This document shows, piece after piece, positions 39,771 to 49,982 of a stretch of 64,000 bases of DNA (within the stretch, counting starts at the first letter, position 1; each line of letters starts with the position of its first letter). The stretch covers positions 400,917 through 464,916 of the forward strand of contig OZ244048.1 of assembly GCA_965215265.1 (NCBI GenBank), given 5' to 3'. Below the pieces are notes generated by a model. The model made no database searches and was not told the origin of the DNA. It saw only the letters and a list, made by a program, of their open reading frames with translations. This stretch comes from Candidatus Poribacteria bacterium. Lineage in GTDB: Bacteria; Poribacteria; WGA-4E; WGA-3G. Both the position numbers and the translations under genes were made by a program.

Positions 39771-40710
39771 CGCACCAATTGTACCAACAACCACCATCGA
39801 CACCCAGCTGTTCCTCGCACAAGTCCTCGCACACGGAGAGGAAAACGGCACAATCTCACATCTCCAGGCCGAGCAGCTCTATCAGAACGTCACCGTCATC
39901 GCACATAAACTTATTACCATGAAAACCCAAAACCTCGCAGACTTGGCAGGACTACGCACCCAGACGCAAAACGCTTTTACACTCATTAGCCTGGGACTTG
40001 AATACGGCAGCAACCGAAACCTCCACAAAGCAGCACGACAACTCCTCAAAAACAGAACCGTCCAATTCTTCCAGATTGGCAACACTATCACCGACAAAGT
40101 CGTAGCACGCGCACGCAAACTCATACAAAGCAAAGGACTTCTTACACCTATCGCCTTCCCCGGCCACAACACCGAAGAATTCATTATTTTCAACAAAGCC
40201 GAGCACGATTTTTTGAACGCAACGCTCCAATATAGTCTCAACATTCAAACACCCCAAATCACTATTAGAGAAACAATACCATGGCGCACTATTACACAAT
40301 TGAACGACATAAAACTCATGGAAAATCAACTCGCATGCCTTGAAAACCGACGCCACTACCTCGCAGCTTTGCCCCTCGAACAAATTTTAAAACCCGACAC
40401 ACAAATTTTAAAATCCGACACAATGCTCAACTTCACCTTAAAACCTGTAGAATCAATCACGCTCGGCCTGATCGTCAACCTCACGCTCCATCGGCAAATC
40501 GATTTACAACTCGACTACGATGCCTTAAACGATTTCACCGAACTCGCTTATACCGACGGGCAAATCTCAAACGCCATTCGACAACGATTACTCGACTGGA
40601 TTAAACAATACCTTGACCAGCACCATCAACCTCACGCAGTACAACAATACGCCGCCGCATACTGGGATGAATGTCTTCATGACTATCAACAAATCAGAAA
40701 ATATCGATGA
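39748..40710 (+). CDS. hypothetical protein
   Basis: 320-aa ORF overlapping the previous gene by 23 nt. No motif. Confidence 0.4.
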   Translation: MMMMKQNNAPIVPTTTIDTQLFLAQVLAHGEENGTISHLQAEQLYQNVTVIAHKLITMKTQNLADLAGLRTQTQNAFTLISLGLEYGSNRNLHKAARQLLKNRTVQFFQIGNTITDKVVARARKLIQSKGLLTPIAFPGHNTEEFIIFNKAEHDFLNATLQYSLNIQTPQITIRETIPWRTITQLNDIKLMENQLACLENRRHYLAALPLEQILKPDTQILKSDTMLNFTLKPVESITLGLIVNLTLHRQIDLQLDYDALNDFTELAYTDGQISNAIRQRLLDWIKQYLDQHHQPHAVQQYAAAYWDECLHDYQQIRKYR

Positions 40711-40770
40711 AACTCAGCTCTATCTGAGCAAACAAGAAAGGAGGAAAGCAACAAAGCAGGATTCGACTAT

Positions 40771-41475
40771 TTATTCGGACGCACCGGCACTTTGGGACGC
40801 TCTAAGCGCCTCGCGCGCCTCCGGCACACCCATCTCACTTAAAGCACGCGCTGCCATCCGCGCACGGTCCGCATCAGCACCTGTCAGAGCAGCCTTGAGA
40901 AGCGGAACCGCTGGAACACCGATCGAAACTAGCGCACGAACCACAAGCCGCCGAACGTTCCATTCCGCATCGGTCAGCGCAACAATCAGCGCCGGAACAA
41001 TAACATCATGCGGCCCACCGATTTCGCCCAGCGCATAAGCCACATGAAGCCGCGTCGACGAGGGCCCCGAATCCAACGCAGCAATCAACCACGGCACAGC
41101 CGGCTCACCCACCTGCTGTAACCCTAGAGAACCGATAATCTGCACGGTTTCATCCGCATCACTCAGCACTGAAATCAACGCTGACATAACATCTGCAGGC
41201 GGCTCTGCTTCACGGACACCCTCGCAACTCGTTACGGCTATGTCGCTAAGTGTCCAAACCGATGTCTCACGAACTTGGGGATTTTCATGCGATATCCCCC
41301 ACATCAGCGCATCAACTGCCGACGGGCCCATTGCCACTAATGCTGCTGCCGCTTCGCTACGCCGCTTCGCATCAGGCGCACCCAGTTGGGCAACCAACGT
41401 CTCCACCGGCGGCTTTTGTGAATGGCACGCTACCAAACATAGCACAACAAATGTGAACAACTGTAAACTTTTCAT
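40771..41475 (-). CDS. secreted HEAT-repeat (PBS-lyase-like) protein
   Basis: Signal peptide, then repeated units of the type ...VRxxAxxALxxIG... Confidence 0.65.
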   Translation of the reverse strand: MKSLQLFTFVVLCLVACHSQKPPVETLVAQLGAPDAKRRSEAAAALVAMGPSAVDALMWGISHENPQVRETSVWTLSDIAVTSCEGVREAEPPADVMSALISVLSDADETVQIIGSLGLQQVGEPAVPWLIAALDSGPSSTRLHVAYALGEIGGPHDVIVPALIVALTDAEWNVRRLVVRALVSIGVPAVPLLKAALTGADADRARMAARALSEMGVPEAREALRASQSAGASE

Positions 41476-41593
41476 ATAGACTGAAGTCTAACAGAATTGC
41501 ACACTTTTCGCAAGTTTCGCAGCTTTATCTAAAACTTATCACAATATAGGAGCATCACGGCCTTCCACAACGCAAGGAAGCCACGTAAAAAAT

Positions 41594-42547
41594 ATGCAAC
41601 TAGAAACCGCTACATTCGGAGCCGGCTGCTTTTGGTGTATAGAAGCAGTCTTTCAACAGTTAGAAGGAGTTCACGAGGTAGTCTCCGGCTACACCGGCGG
41701 CACCACCGCCAACCCTGATTATCGCACAATCTGTACCGGCACGACCGGACACGCTGAAGTCGTTCAGATACGATTCCAGCCAGATGTCATCTCTTACACC
41801 GAATTGCTCGACGTTTTCTGGCACACACACGACCCAACCACACTGAATCGGCAAGGAGGAGACCACGGCACACAGTACCGTTCCGCCATTTTCTACCATA
41901 ATGATGAGCAGCTGAAAATCGCACGACAATCTAAAGCAGATATGGACAACACCGAACTCTGGGATAACCCAATTGTCACCGAAATTACGCCTATGGAAAC
42001 CTTCTATCCCGCTGAAGACTACCATCAGAACTATTTCAAAAACAATCCACGACAACCATACTGTCAATTCGTCATCCAGCCCAAAATGCAAAAATTCACA
42101 GCCGACTTTAAGCACAAACTCAGAACCGACGCTCCCGCCGACGCTCCCACTGACACCCCCGCTACCGATATCACCACCGAACAGCAGGAATTCTATGATT
42201 TGTGGTTAGAAAGTGTGCTTGAACAAGATATTGCATACCATGAGAAATTAGAGACACGAAGCAAAATCCAGCAAGGAATCTTTAACATGTTGCGAACACC
42301 AGAGTCAGAACGCACCGAGGCACAGCAAGACATTTTCGAGTTGTGGGTAGACATCGCTCTTGGACAAGATATTGCATACTATAACGGATTAGAGACACGA
42401 AGCGAAATCCTAGAGGAAATCCTTGACGCACTCCAAGCCGTTCAAGCTGCTAGACTAGCGGAATTCCTTAGCGAGTCGGCACAGCAACCTACACCCACAG
42501 AAGAACCTACCGGAACGACAGAGGAACCTGAAACGCCAAACGAATAG
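41594..42547 (+). CDS. msrA: peptide-methionine (S)-S-oxide reductase MsrA with an unusual about 140-aa C-terminal extension
   Basis: GCFWCIEAVF active-site motif at the N-terminus. A P/T/D-rich linker is followed by two roughly 40-aa repeats (DIAYHEKLETRSKI / DIAYYNGLETRSEI). Confidence 0.8.
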   Translation: MQLETATFGAGCFWCIEAVFQQLEGVHEVVSGYTGGTTANPDYRTICTGTTGHAEVVQIRFQPDVISYTELLDVFWHTHDPTTLNRQGGDHGTQYRSAIFYHNDEQLKIARQSKADMDNTELWDNPIVTEITPMETFYPAEDYHQNYFKNNPRQPYCQFVIQPKMQKFTADFKHKLRTDAPADAPTDTPATDITTEQQEFYDLWLESVLEQDIAYHEKLETRSKIQQGIFNMLRTPESERTEAQQDIFELWVDIALGQDIAYYNGLETRSEILEEILDALQAVQAARLAEFLSESAQQPTPTEEPTGTTEEPETPNE

Positions 42548-42571
42548 CAAATCCGCAACAGGAGAAATCTA

Positions 42572-44128
42572 ATGTTCAGAACCTATTTCATCCACGCAAT
42601 TTTACTTAGCTCTTTTGGCATCATGGCCGATGCCAACGCACAAAAAACTGACACGCCTATCCCTATCCACGTCACATCAGCTAGACGCATCACAATTGTC
42701 AGCGAAAAACGTTATACCGGACTCTTCATACCCCAAGCAGAACTGCAGGTATTTGCAAATATTCCCGGTAACATTGTCGAACTCCACGCGAAGCCCGGAC
42801 AACTCGTGACGAAAGGCGAAATACTAGCACGCAGCAACGCACGAGAAGCAAATATCGCCGCTATAAAGGCTGAAGCCGCATTAATACAAGCACAAGCACA
42901 ACTCACCACCACCACTGCAAACGCACAAGCACGCATTGAAGCCCAACTCGCTGTCGCCCAAGAAGCTCTCCTCGCAACCCAAGCCAGACTCGAAGAGACA
43001 AAATCACTCGCAGAAATGCGCATCCGCAACCAACTGACGCAGGCTGAAGCCGCATACAAAGCCGCTGAAGCTACTCACGCACGTGCTAAAGTCAACGCAC
43101 AACAAGCCACAAAACGCGCAAAAGCTGAACTCGACAAAACTGAACTCGATTTTAACAGAAATAAGGCACTTCACGAAAAACAGCACATCAGCGATAGCGA
43201 CTTTGAAGCAGCCGAAACCCGACTCAAAGTCTCAAAAACACGCTACCAAGAGGCACTCGCATCGCTAAACCAGTTTCAGGACGGAACCGCCCAACTCGCC
43301 GTACAGAAAGCAAAAACTGAATTGGAAGTCGCACGCAAGGTCGTTCAAAGCCGAGGATGGGAACGCGAAATTGCTACCGCTCAATCAAAACTTAACCAAG
43401 CACAAGCCACACTCACTACTGCACAGAAATTGGTCGACGCAAAAGCATGGGAACGCGAAATCGCCATCGCTCAATCCGCTGTCAAACAAGCCGAAGAACA
43501 GTTGAAACTCGCTCGACAACACCTCAATAACGCCGCTATTACATCACCCATTAACGGCGTAATTGTCTCGCGCAACGTTGAACTCGGAGACTACGCAAAA
43601 CCACCCAGCGCACTCGGAAGCCCTATTTTCACAGTTATCTCAACCGACAGCCTCACCGCAGCATGGAGCATCCCAGCACAAGAACTCAGCAAAATTGAAA
43701 TCGGACAAATGGTCCTGATCTCCACATCTACTGGAATTCAGAACATTGTAGGTACAATCGACTTCATCAGTCCGACCTTCAACAAACAAGATAACACCGT
43801 GCTTGTTCATGCAACCCTCTCTAAACCAGAACGCAAAAGCACACGGAAACTCCTCAAACCCGGGGCCACTATCACCGTCGCCGTCAAAACAGATGAACGG
43901 AAAGACGTACAACTCCTCCCGCTCCGAGCTGTCATCCACATTCAGAATGCTACAGGCGAAATTTTCATCGTCAACGGAAACACAACCCAACGAAAGCAGA
44001 TAAACGTCGGCGCTATCTACGGAAGCGAAATCGAAGTCACATCAAAACTTACGCTAAAAACGCAGGTGATTGTCGATAACCAACACCTCTTGCAAGACGG
44101 AACCCCTATTACTATTGCACCCGATTAA
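42572..44128 (+). CDS. HlyD-family / efflux periplasmic adaptor subunit (signal peptide, long coiled coil with internal repeats)
   Basis: Biotinyl/lipoyl-like half-motifs (VTKGEILAR; INGVIVSRNVELGDY) flank a long Ala/Gln-rich coiled coil containing AKAWEREIAIAQS and SRGWEREIATAQS. Confidence 0.65.
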   Translation: MFRTYFIHAILLSSFGIMADANAQKTDTPIPIHVTSARRITIVSEKRYTGLFIPQAELQVFANIPGNIVELHAKPGQLVTKGEILARSNAREANIAAIKAEAALIQAQAQLTTTTANAQARIEAQLAVAQEALLATQARLEETKSLAEMRIRNQLTQAEAAYKAAEATHARAKVNAQQATKRAKAELDKTELDFNRNKALHEKQHISDSDFEAAETRLKVSKTRYQEALASLNQFQDGTAQLAVQKAKTELEVARKVVQSRGWEREIATAQSKLNQAQATLTTAQKLVDAKAWEREIAIAQSAVKQAEEQLKLARQHLNNAAITSPINGVIVSRNVELGDYAKPPSALGSPIFTVISTDSLTAAWSIPAQELSKIEIGQMVLISTSTGIQNIVGTIDFISPTFNKQDNTVLVHATLSKPERKSTRKLLKPGATITVAVKTDERKDVQLLPLRAVIHIQNATGEIFIVNGNTTQRKQINVGAIYGSEIEVTSKLTLKTQVIVDNQHLLQDGTPITIAPD

Positions 44129-44381
44129 AAAAGCACCGACAGATATCGCAACGACGCATACACCTCTTTCACCGTTGATTCCAGACTTCTTGAGGGGGAC
44201 TCATAAGAATCCCCCTAAACGCATATACCTCTTTCACCGTTGATTCCAGACGGTATATGTCGCACACATCAACATCAGTCCTCTCATTTAAACCATTACC
44301 ACGCAAACTTAAATTAAAATTGGGCAGCGTACCAAAGCACACTGCCCTCCGCATACGGATACAGCCGAATACAGATAGAAA

Positions 44382-45524
44382 TTACTGAATCAGAACAGAA
44401 ACCTGAATCTGCTCCCACTTCCGCTTAGCCCGGTGCGTTGCCACTCGCCTTTTAAACACATCGGCCACCGTCATTCCGGCTGATTCAATTATCCCCTCTA
44501 GATTCTCAATCGCCTTTCGACCGGAAGCATCTGCGTACCCTAATAAAATTATCCCATCAGGTTTTAGAAAGCGCCGAACCTCTTTAAAAAAACGTTTCAA
44601 CGTCTGCTGCTTCTCATCGTGGATCGCCAATTCCCCTCTATTGCGCGCACGTACCACAACCCACGGCGCATTGAACAAAATTAAATCAAATTGGCGCGTA
44701 CCGAACGGGACAAAAAGATCGCCTGCAGGCATAATACGGATATTTCCTGAATCCGGAAGATGCTCCTCAACGTTCAACTTTGTCGTCGCAACCGCCTCCG
44801 GAAGTAAATCCGACGCATAAATAATCGCCGTTTCCGGCGATTCCTGATGTGCTAACAGGGTCAACACCCCGCTACCACAGCCAACGTCAACCACTTCAAT
44901 CTCACTCCGTTTTAAAACATTCGCAAAAACATCTTGCAGCGCCTCCTGAAAGCACGCAACCGTCTCTTGTGACCGAGGCGCAAGCACATGTTCTGAAGCA
45001 ACAAGCGACACACCCAGCACACCAACCGGATAAGTCACCTCCAGCGCACGCCGAACTCTCTCAACACACGCAAGCGGAACAAGAAACGGACACCCTTCAT
45101 TCGCACCGGACGGCTCCCCAATTAATTCCAAGAGATACGGCAAATCCAACGGCGGATCCACTTGTAAAACCCCATCTGCATCTGCCCAGCACATCAGCCG
45201 CGTCAAGTCTACGTCTAGCAGATTCCCTGCCGATTTCCGACGCTTAGGTGCCACCTCTCCATACCGCGAACCCTTATGTGAAACTGTTCTGTTCGACCGA
45301 CTCTTCTGATGCCGTTCAATGTAGTCCATTAACACTAAAATCTGTTCCCACCGACCCTCCACAACCGCAACGCCACCTTTACTAAGATGCGTAGAAATGC
45401 GACCGAGGTGTATCAAATCGCGAGCCGCGAAGTACTTCACACGAGGACGCGCAAAGACTGACTCCCGACATTCTCTCGGAACGTAAAGTTCCCCTAGCTT
45501 GCTGACGTTATAAAAATGATTCAT
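44382..45524 (-). CDS. class I SAM-dependent methyltransferase (RsmC/RlmG-like small-domain N-methyltransferase)
   Basis: Motif I VVDVGCGSGVL and the NPPF/W-like LILFNAPWV. Confidence 0.6.
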   Translation of the reverse strand: MNHFYNVSKLGELYVPRECRESVFARPRVKYFAARDLIHLGRISTHLSKGGVAVVEGRWEQILVLMDYIERHQKSRSNRTVSHKGSRYGEVAPKRRKSAGNLLDVDLTRLMCWADADGVLQVDPPLDLPYLLELIGEPSGANEGCPFLVPLACVERVRRALEVTYPVGVLGVSLVASEHVLAPRSQETVACFQEALQDVFANVLKRSEIEVVDVGCGSGVLTLLAHQESPETAIIYASDLLPEAVATTKLNVEEHLPDSGNIRIMPAGDLFVPFGTRQFDLILFNAPWVVVRARNRGELAIHDEKQQTLKRFFKEVRRFLKPDGIILLGYADASGRKAIENLEGIIESAGMTVADVFKRRVATHRAKRKWEQIQVSVLIQ

Positions 45525-45588
45525 GCGTAAATCTAGTTACAAACTGGGCTTAGTCATAGCACTGCACGAATGCCTAAACAGTTGCCAC

Positions 45589-46638
45589 CTAACGAATCCC
45601 TACAATCTCACCTATTCTAACAGATTCTGCCTCTTTATAACAGAGCAGCAGCGCATTTCTCGCACCAAATCCAGACAGAGCCGTCGGCTCTTCACCACTC
45701 TGAATCGCATCTACCGCGTACTGCAGTTCACTCCTGAAGGCATCAATCGGGTCTGGCTCTCCCAAATCCACCTGCTCCACTTCGCCTGTTTCATGCAAAA
45801 GCGTTAAAGGCACTGCAGCCACCGGCTCGCCCCCCAACGTCGCGAAGTCATACAACAGCGTCGCTTTTTCAAGATAGAGCTCGAAACCGTGCGAGAACGC
45901 CCTGCCTCTTTGCGAAACCGCCCCAGATGAGCAGCTCACCGCAACCCCCTTATCCTTATAGATATATTGTGTCGTCACATAATCAACGAAGTTGTCACCG
46001 ATCCGTTTGCCTTGTGAGAAAACCGCGTCAGGCACACCGCACAGCAGCTGGATGAAGTGCGTATCGTGAATGTGCAAATCGATACCCGGCCCACCGCTCT
46101 TCTCAACATCCGCGAAATCCCTAGACCAGCTCGGTTTAGAGATGATGCGCTTGAAATGCGCACCCAGCATATTACCGTACTCCCCGCCATCAACCAAGCT
46201 CCTCGCATACGCATATTCCGAAAAGAAGGGCAATACATGCGCAACCATAAAATATTTACCCGTCTCCTCCGCCAACCCAACTATCTCATTAGCATCCTCA
46301 ATTTCAATGCAGATCGGCTTTTCAACAAGCGTATGTTTACCCGCACGAAGTGATGCCATGCTAACCGACTTATGTAGATGTGTCGGCAGACAGATATCAA
46401 CCAGGTCTATCTCTTCATCCGCGAGCATCGCGTCAATGTCCCGGTACGTCCTAACATTCGACAAATCTTCAATCCCACCACGCGGACCAAAGTTACCCTG
46501 AATCCCCGTCCAATCCCCTTCTAATTTCTGAGCATCCCGCGTGCAGATTGCCACCACTTCGGCCCCAATCACGCGCTGAATACCGTAGTAGTGCATCATA
46601 CCCATGAAACCTATGCCCACAATCCCAATTTTAACCAC
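45589..46638 (-). CDS. Gfo/Idh/MocA-family NAD(P)-dependent oxidoreductase
   Basis: Rossmann motif KIGIVGIGFMGMMHY at the N-terminus. GTG start preceded by AGGGAG; the longer ORF in the track would overlap the LamG gene. Confidence 0.75.
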   Translation of the reverse strand: MVKIGIVGIGFMGMMHYYGIQRVIGAEVVAICTRDAQKLEGDWTGIQGNFGPRGGIEDLSNVRTYRDIDAMLADEEIDLVDICLPTHLHKSVSMASLRAGKHTLVEKPICIEIEDANEIVGLAEETGKYFMVAHVLPFFSEYAYARSLVDGGEYGNMLGAHFKRIISKPSWSRDFADVEKSGGPGIDLHIHDTHFIQLLCGVPDAVFSQGKRIGDNFVDYVTTQYIYKDKGVAVSCSSGAVSQRGRAFSHGFELYLEKATLLYDFATLGGEPVAAVPLTLLHETGEVEQVDLGEPDPIDAFRSELQYAVDAIQSGEEPTALSGFGARNALLLCYKEAESVRIGEIVGIR

Positions 46639-46726
46639 TTTGCTCCCTACCTTTATAGAAAACGGCACAGCAGCCGCCTCTCTCAAGATGAACCACTGTA
46701 CCGTTAATTTTTGTGCAAATCTGCCG

Positions 46727-47515
46727 CTAATGGATAACGCTTCTTCGCTTAAGAGTGCCCCATGTCGTTGCCGCCTTACCCTTTGCCGAGACGGCCAGGA
46801 ACCCCTCTTCCATAATCGCTTGGACTTCATCCTCACTCAGCGCACGCCGCCAAATCGCAGCCTCATCTATCGAACCATTCTCAAATGTATAATTCGGACG
46901 GTCCTTGGAACAGCCTATCCGCAGATCCTGGTCATTTGTACCCTGAAAGTCAAATTTATTATCCTCTTCAACCGCCAGCGCACCATCAACATAGACTTTC
47001 ATAGTCGAACCGTCATAAGTACCAACAACGTGATGCCAGGTCTTCTCTTCCAGCGGATGAGGTTTGTTCAACGTAGGACGACCATTGCCCGAACCCAAAA
47101 ACATATTAAAACTTTTACCGTCACCGAAAGCACCTATCCCGTACGAATTATGTTCACCACCGTTATGGCAGTTCTTATCGAACCATTGTGCATCGGTATT
47201 CCACCCCTCCTGATAGATCCAAGCAGCCATCGTAATCTCACCACTAATCTTCAATTCATCAGAAGCCGGCACATTCACGCAATCCGCACCCTCAGCCGTA
47301 ATATGTATCGCATCGCCATATTTACCTGCCACAAATTCGGTATTGGCGATAATATCCGCATCCAGTCCATTCCCGGAATCGTCAAGAATCATTTTGCCGC
47401 TCACGTTGTCAAACGTGAAATACAGAACAAGCCCATCTTCCAGATTCGCGATAACGCCGCCTACTGTCAAAAACAGCACTATCGTTAACGCCACATACAT
47501 AAATAACCTTCTCAT
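46727..47515 (-). CDS. secreted LamG-like (Laminin_G_3) domain protein, paralog 2
   Basis: RBS AGGAGG + ATG at the MRRLF start. LVLYFTFDN, KTWHHVVGTYDGSTMKVYVDG, IDEAAIWRRALSEDEV, and C-terminal AATTWGTLK. Confidence 0.7.
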   Translation of the reverse strand: MRRLFMYVALTIVLFLTVGGVIANLEDGLVLYFTFDNVSGKMILDDSGNGLDADIIANTEFVAGKYGDAIHITAEGADCVNVPASDELKISGEITMAAWIYQEGWNTDAQWFDKNCHNGGEHNSYGIGAFGDGKSFNMFLGSGNGRPTLNKPHPLEEKTWHHVVGTYDGSTMKVYVDGALAVEEDNKFDFQGTNDQDLRIGCSKDRPNYTFENGSIDEAAIWRRALSEDEVQAIMEEGFLAVSAKGKAATTWGTLKRRSVIH

Positions 47516-47649
47516 TTTTCCTCCTCCTGTTTGCTCTTCTGAATTATGCCCCAATTTTACGACAAATTTTCAAATAAGTCAACCTACTTCTATTTCAAAA
47601 ACACGCTCAGGCGGTCAGGCGGAGCCGTCCACCTACTATAAAAAAATAC

Positions 47650-48477
47650 TTATTCGCTAGTCAGCGCAGCATTCATCACCTCTTCCCATCTGCCCTCAAA
47701 TCTTTCGCCAAATTCCATCTCACCACCCGTTGCAAGAGAACCGCGCAGCATCGGTTTTGTCGCTTTGTGCCTCTCCCAAAGCTCCAGACCACCGAAATCG
47801 TTATGCAAGAAATGAAGTGCAACCCCTGCACGGGCCTTATCGGAGAGGTTCGATTTCGTACAGTGAGCAACACCATAGCAGAAAAACAGAACACCGCCTG
47901 CTTTCAATTCAATCGGCACAGCACGCTCCTCCGGCGGATCACACCTTATGTGATGGTCGCTCAACGCGTCTCGATAGTGTTCGTAACTTTCACGATGACT
48001 CCCCGGAATAACGTGCATACACCCATTCTCAATGTTCGCATCGTGGATGGCAATCCACATCGCCGTACCACGCAACGGGTCGGCAATTTTAAAATACGCA
48101 TTATCCTGATGCCAACTTGTACCAATACCTATTTTGGCAGGCTTCCAAAAGGCCTGGTCCAACTCCAACATGAATTCATCACCAATCAATTGTTCAACAA
48201 CAGCAAGCACCTTCGGATGAAACGGTAACGCCTTGTGCAATACACTCCGATTGTTAAGCGGAATAACCTGCAGGTTCTGTCTTTCACCCTCATTGTCCCT
48301 TTTCGTGCCATCTGTCTGAACAGCACAATTAATCCCGTTACCTTGCCTCAGTTCACGCTCATAAATCCGCTCCAATTCTAAGCACAGCGCTTTCGATTCA
48401 ACAGGAGTAAAGAAACCCTCAATCGCCAGATAGCCATCCTTTCGGAATTCGGCTAATTGTATATCAGTTAATTGCAT
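47650..48477 (-). CDS. phytanoyl-CoA dioxygenase (PhyH) family oxygenase
   Basis: WHQD...H..D pattern (GTSWHQDNAY) and distal VAHCT. 275 aa. Confidence 0.7.
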   Translation of the reverse strand: MQLTDIQLAEFRKDGYLAIEGFFTPVESKALCLELERIYERELRQGNGINCAVQTDGTKRDNEGERQNLQVIPLNNRSVLHKALPFHPKVLAVVEQLIGDEFMLELDQAFWKPAKIGIGTSWHQDNAYFKIADPLRGTAMWIAIHDANIENGCMHVIPGSHRESYEHYRDALSDHHIRCDPPEERAVPIELKAGGVLFFCYGVAHCTKSNLSDKARAGVALHFLHNDFGGLELWERHKATKPMLRGSLATGGEMEFGERFEGRWEEVMNAALTSE

Positions 48478-48498
48478 TAGACCCTTCTCTCTTTATCT

Positions 48499-49962
48499 CT
48501 AGTTCATTTCTGCACACGGCACAATAATCGAATCTACCATACCGTGCAAAATTTTCTTATCTGCAGGACACACTGCTGCCTGTATGCCTCCCAATGTAGC
48601 AGTATTTCCTGTTACAAAATAGTACGGTCGAAGCAACGGCCGGCAGGCCATCTCTTCTAAATCCCCGAGCTCAAAATTATAATACTGCATCCGGACCCGT
48701 TTGGCTGTATGGAACTTCTGTAACACATAAGGCGTTTTCTCAAAATTCGCCAAACCGTTTTCTATCGCCGATGCCCACTCCTCAACAGGAAGATCGTGCC
48801 CTATGGCAACACCCCGACTCCCCCACGCCAACGCGGAAAAGCCCGACGGTTTAATAACCAATTCACGCTGACGCTGCGTCACATCCATCAACTCATGCCA
48901 ATCCCTTACAGGACACCCCTCTAACGCTAACTCAGGAATCACAGCATGCGGCGGCAGCGGACGGGCATCTAAAACCCACGTCTGCGGAATAGACCCGCGC
49001 AGAAAAGCGTAAGTCCGCCGCCCGAGTTGACGCTGCCAAAACCGTTGCAACGACGGATGATGGAAGAGAGCCAAACACAATTTCTCTTCAAGATACGCCT
49101 TTGGCGGAGGTGTCATCACAACCGTCCGTTTCTTCGCACTATAAAGCATTAATTCCGATTTCGGAATGTTCTGCAAATCAAACAATTCATAGAAGCGATA
49201 TAATACATCAACACGTATCTCATCCGGTTCAACACGAGACGAAACCGCGCCACAAAAATCGGATTTTACAAAAATCCCATCCTCCCTAAAAATGACATCA
49301 TGCGGCTTGACAGCACGCGCCCACACACCCAAATCACAAAGCGAACCCGCAAGCCACTCCATTTCTGCCCAATAATCTTGCGATTCATCTGAAACAACAA
49401 TCGCAAGCACCGGTTCATCTCTCTTCGACAAGCCACGAATCATGTCTGCATACCCACGCACCATCCCATCTCTACCACCGATAACAGAATAGCCCAGCTC
49501 CCCATACAACTTTGACAGACAACCCGTCGCTCCAATAAAACCCGGAACTGAATCCAACTCTGTTATCACCATACCCTCTACACCATCTGCCGTCGGAAGA
49601 ATATCCGGGCGAAGCACACCCGGCAACTGACTCTTAAACCGGTTCATCCGTCCATATTGAATCAATGACTCAGGTTTGCCTATATCTAAATACTCCGCTA
49701 CCCAATCCGGCTGAATCCCCCGTACACTTTGCGAATAGAGCAAGTTACACGCACGATAAAAATTTAAGAGATGCCCACCTAACTCTTCAAACCACCTTAA
49801 CTCTGCTTGGGAAATCCAGAACGGCTCTGGCGAGATGCGCCACGTAGCATTGCAATCCGGATGCACAGCCCGTTTCTCGCCTGAGAACAACTTCGCCCTC
49901 GGAATTTCACCATTAATAAATAGACATTTTTGTTTAGCATCCAAACGGAAACTCCTCGTCAA
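48499..49962 (-). CDS. hypothetical 487-aa protein (possibly ATP-grasp-like fold)
   Basis: Long ORF with coding-like composition. Weak resemblance of VIKPSGFSALAWGSRGVAIG to ATP-grasp nucleotide-binding loops. No firm motif. Confidence 0.35.
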   Translation of the reverse strand: MTRSFRLDAKQKCLFINGEIPRAKLFSGEKRAVHPDCNATWRISPEPFWISQAELRWFEELGGHLLNFYRACNLLYSQSVRGIQPDWVAEYLDIGKPESLIQYGRMNRFKSQLPGVLRPDILPTADGVEGMVITELDSVPGFIGATGCLSKLYGELGYSVIGGRDGMVRGYADMIRGLSKRDEPVLAIVVSDESQDYWAEMEWLAGSLCDLGVWARAVKPHDVIFREDGIFVKSDFCGAVSSRVEPDEIRVDVLYRFYELFDLQNIPKSELMLYSAKKRTVVMTPPPKAYLEEKLCLALFHHPSLQRFWQRQLGRRTYAFLRGSIPQTWVLDARPLPPHAVIPELALEGCPVRDWHELMDVTQRQRELVIKPSGFSALAWGSRGVAIGHDLPVEEWASAIENGLANFEKTPYVLQKFHTAKRVRMQYYNFELGDLEEMACRPLLRPYYFVTGNTATLGGIQAAVCPADKKILHGMVDSIIVPCAEMN

Positions 49963-49982
49963 TTATGCAATCAGCGCAGATT

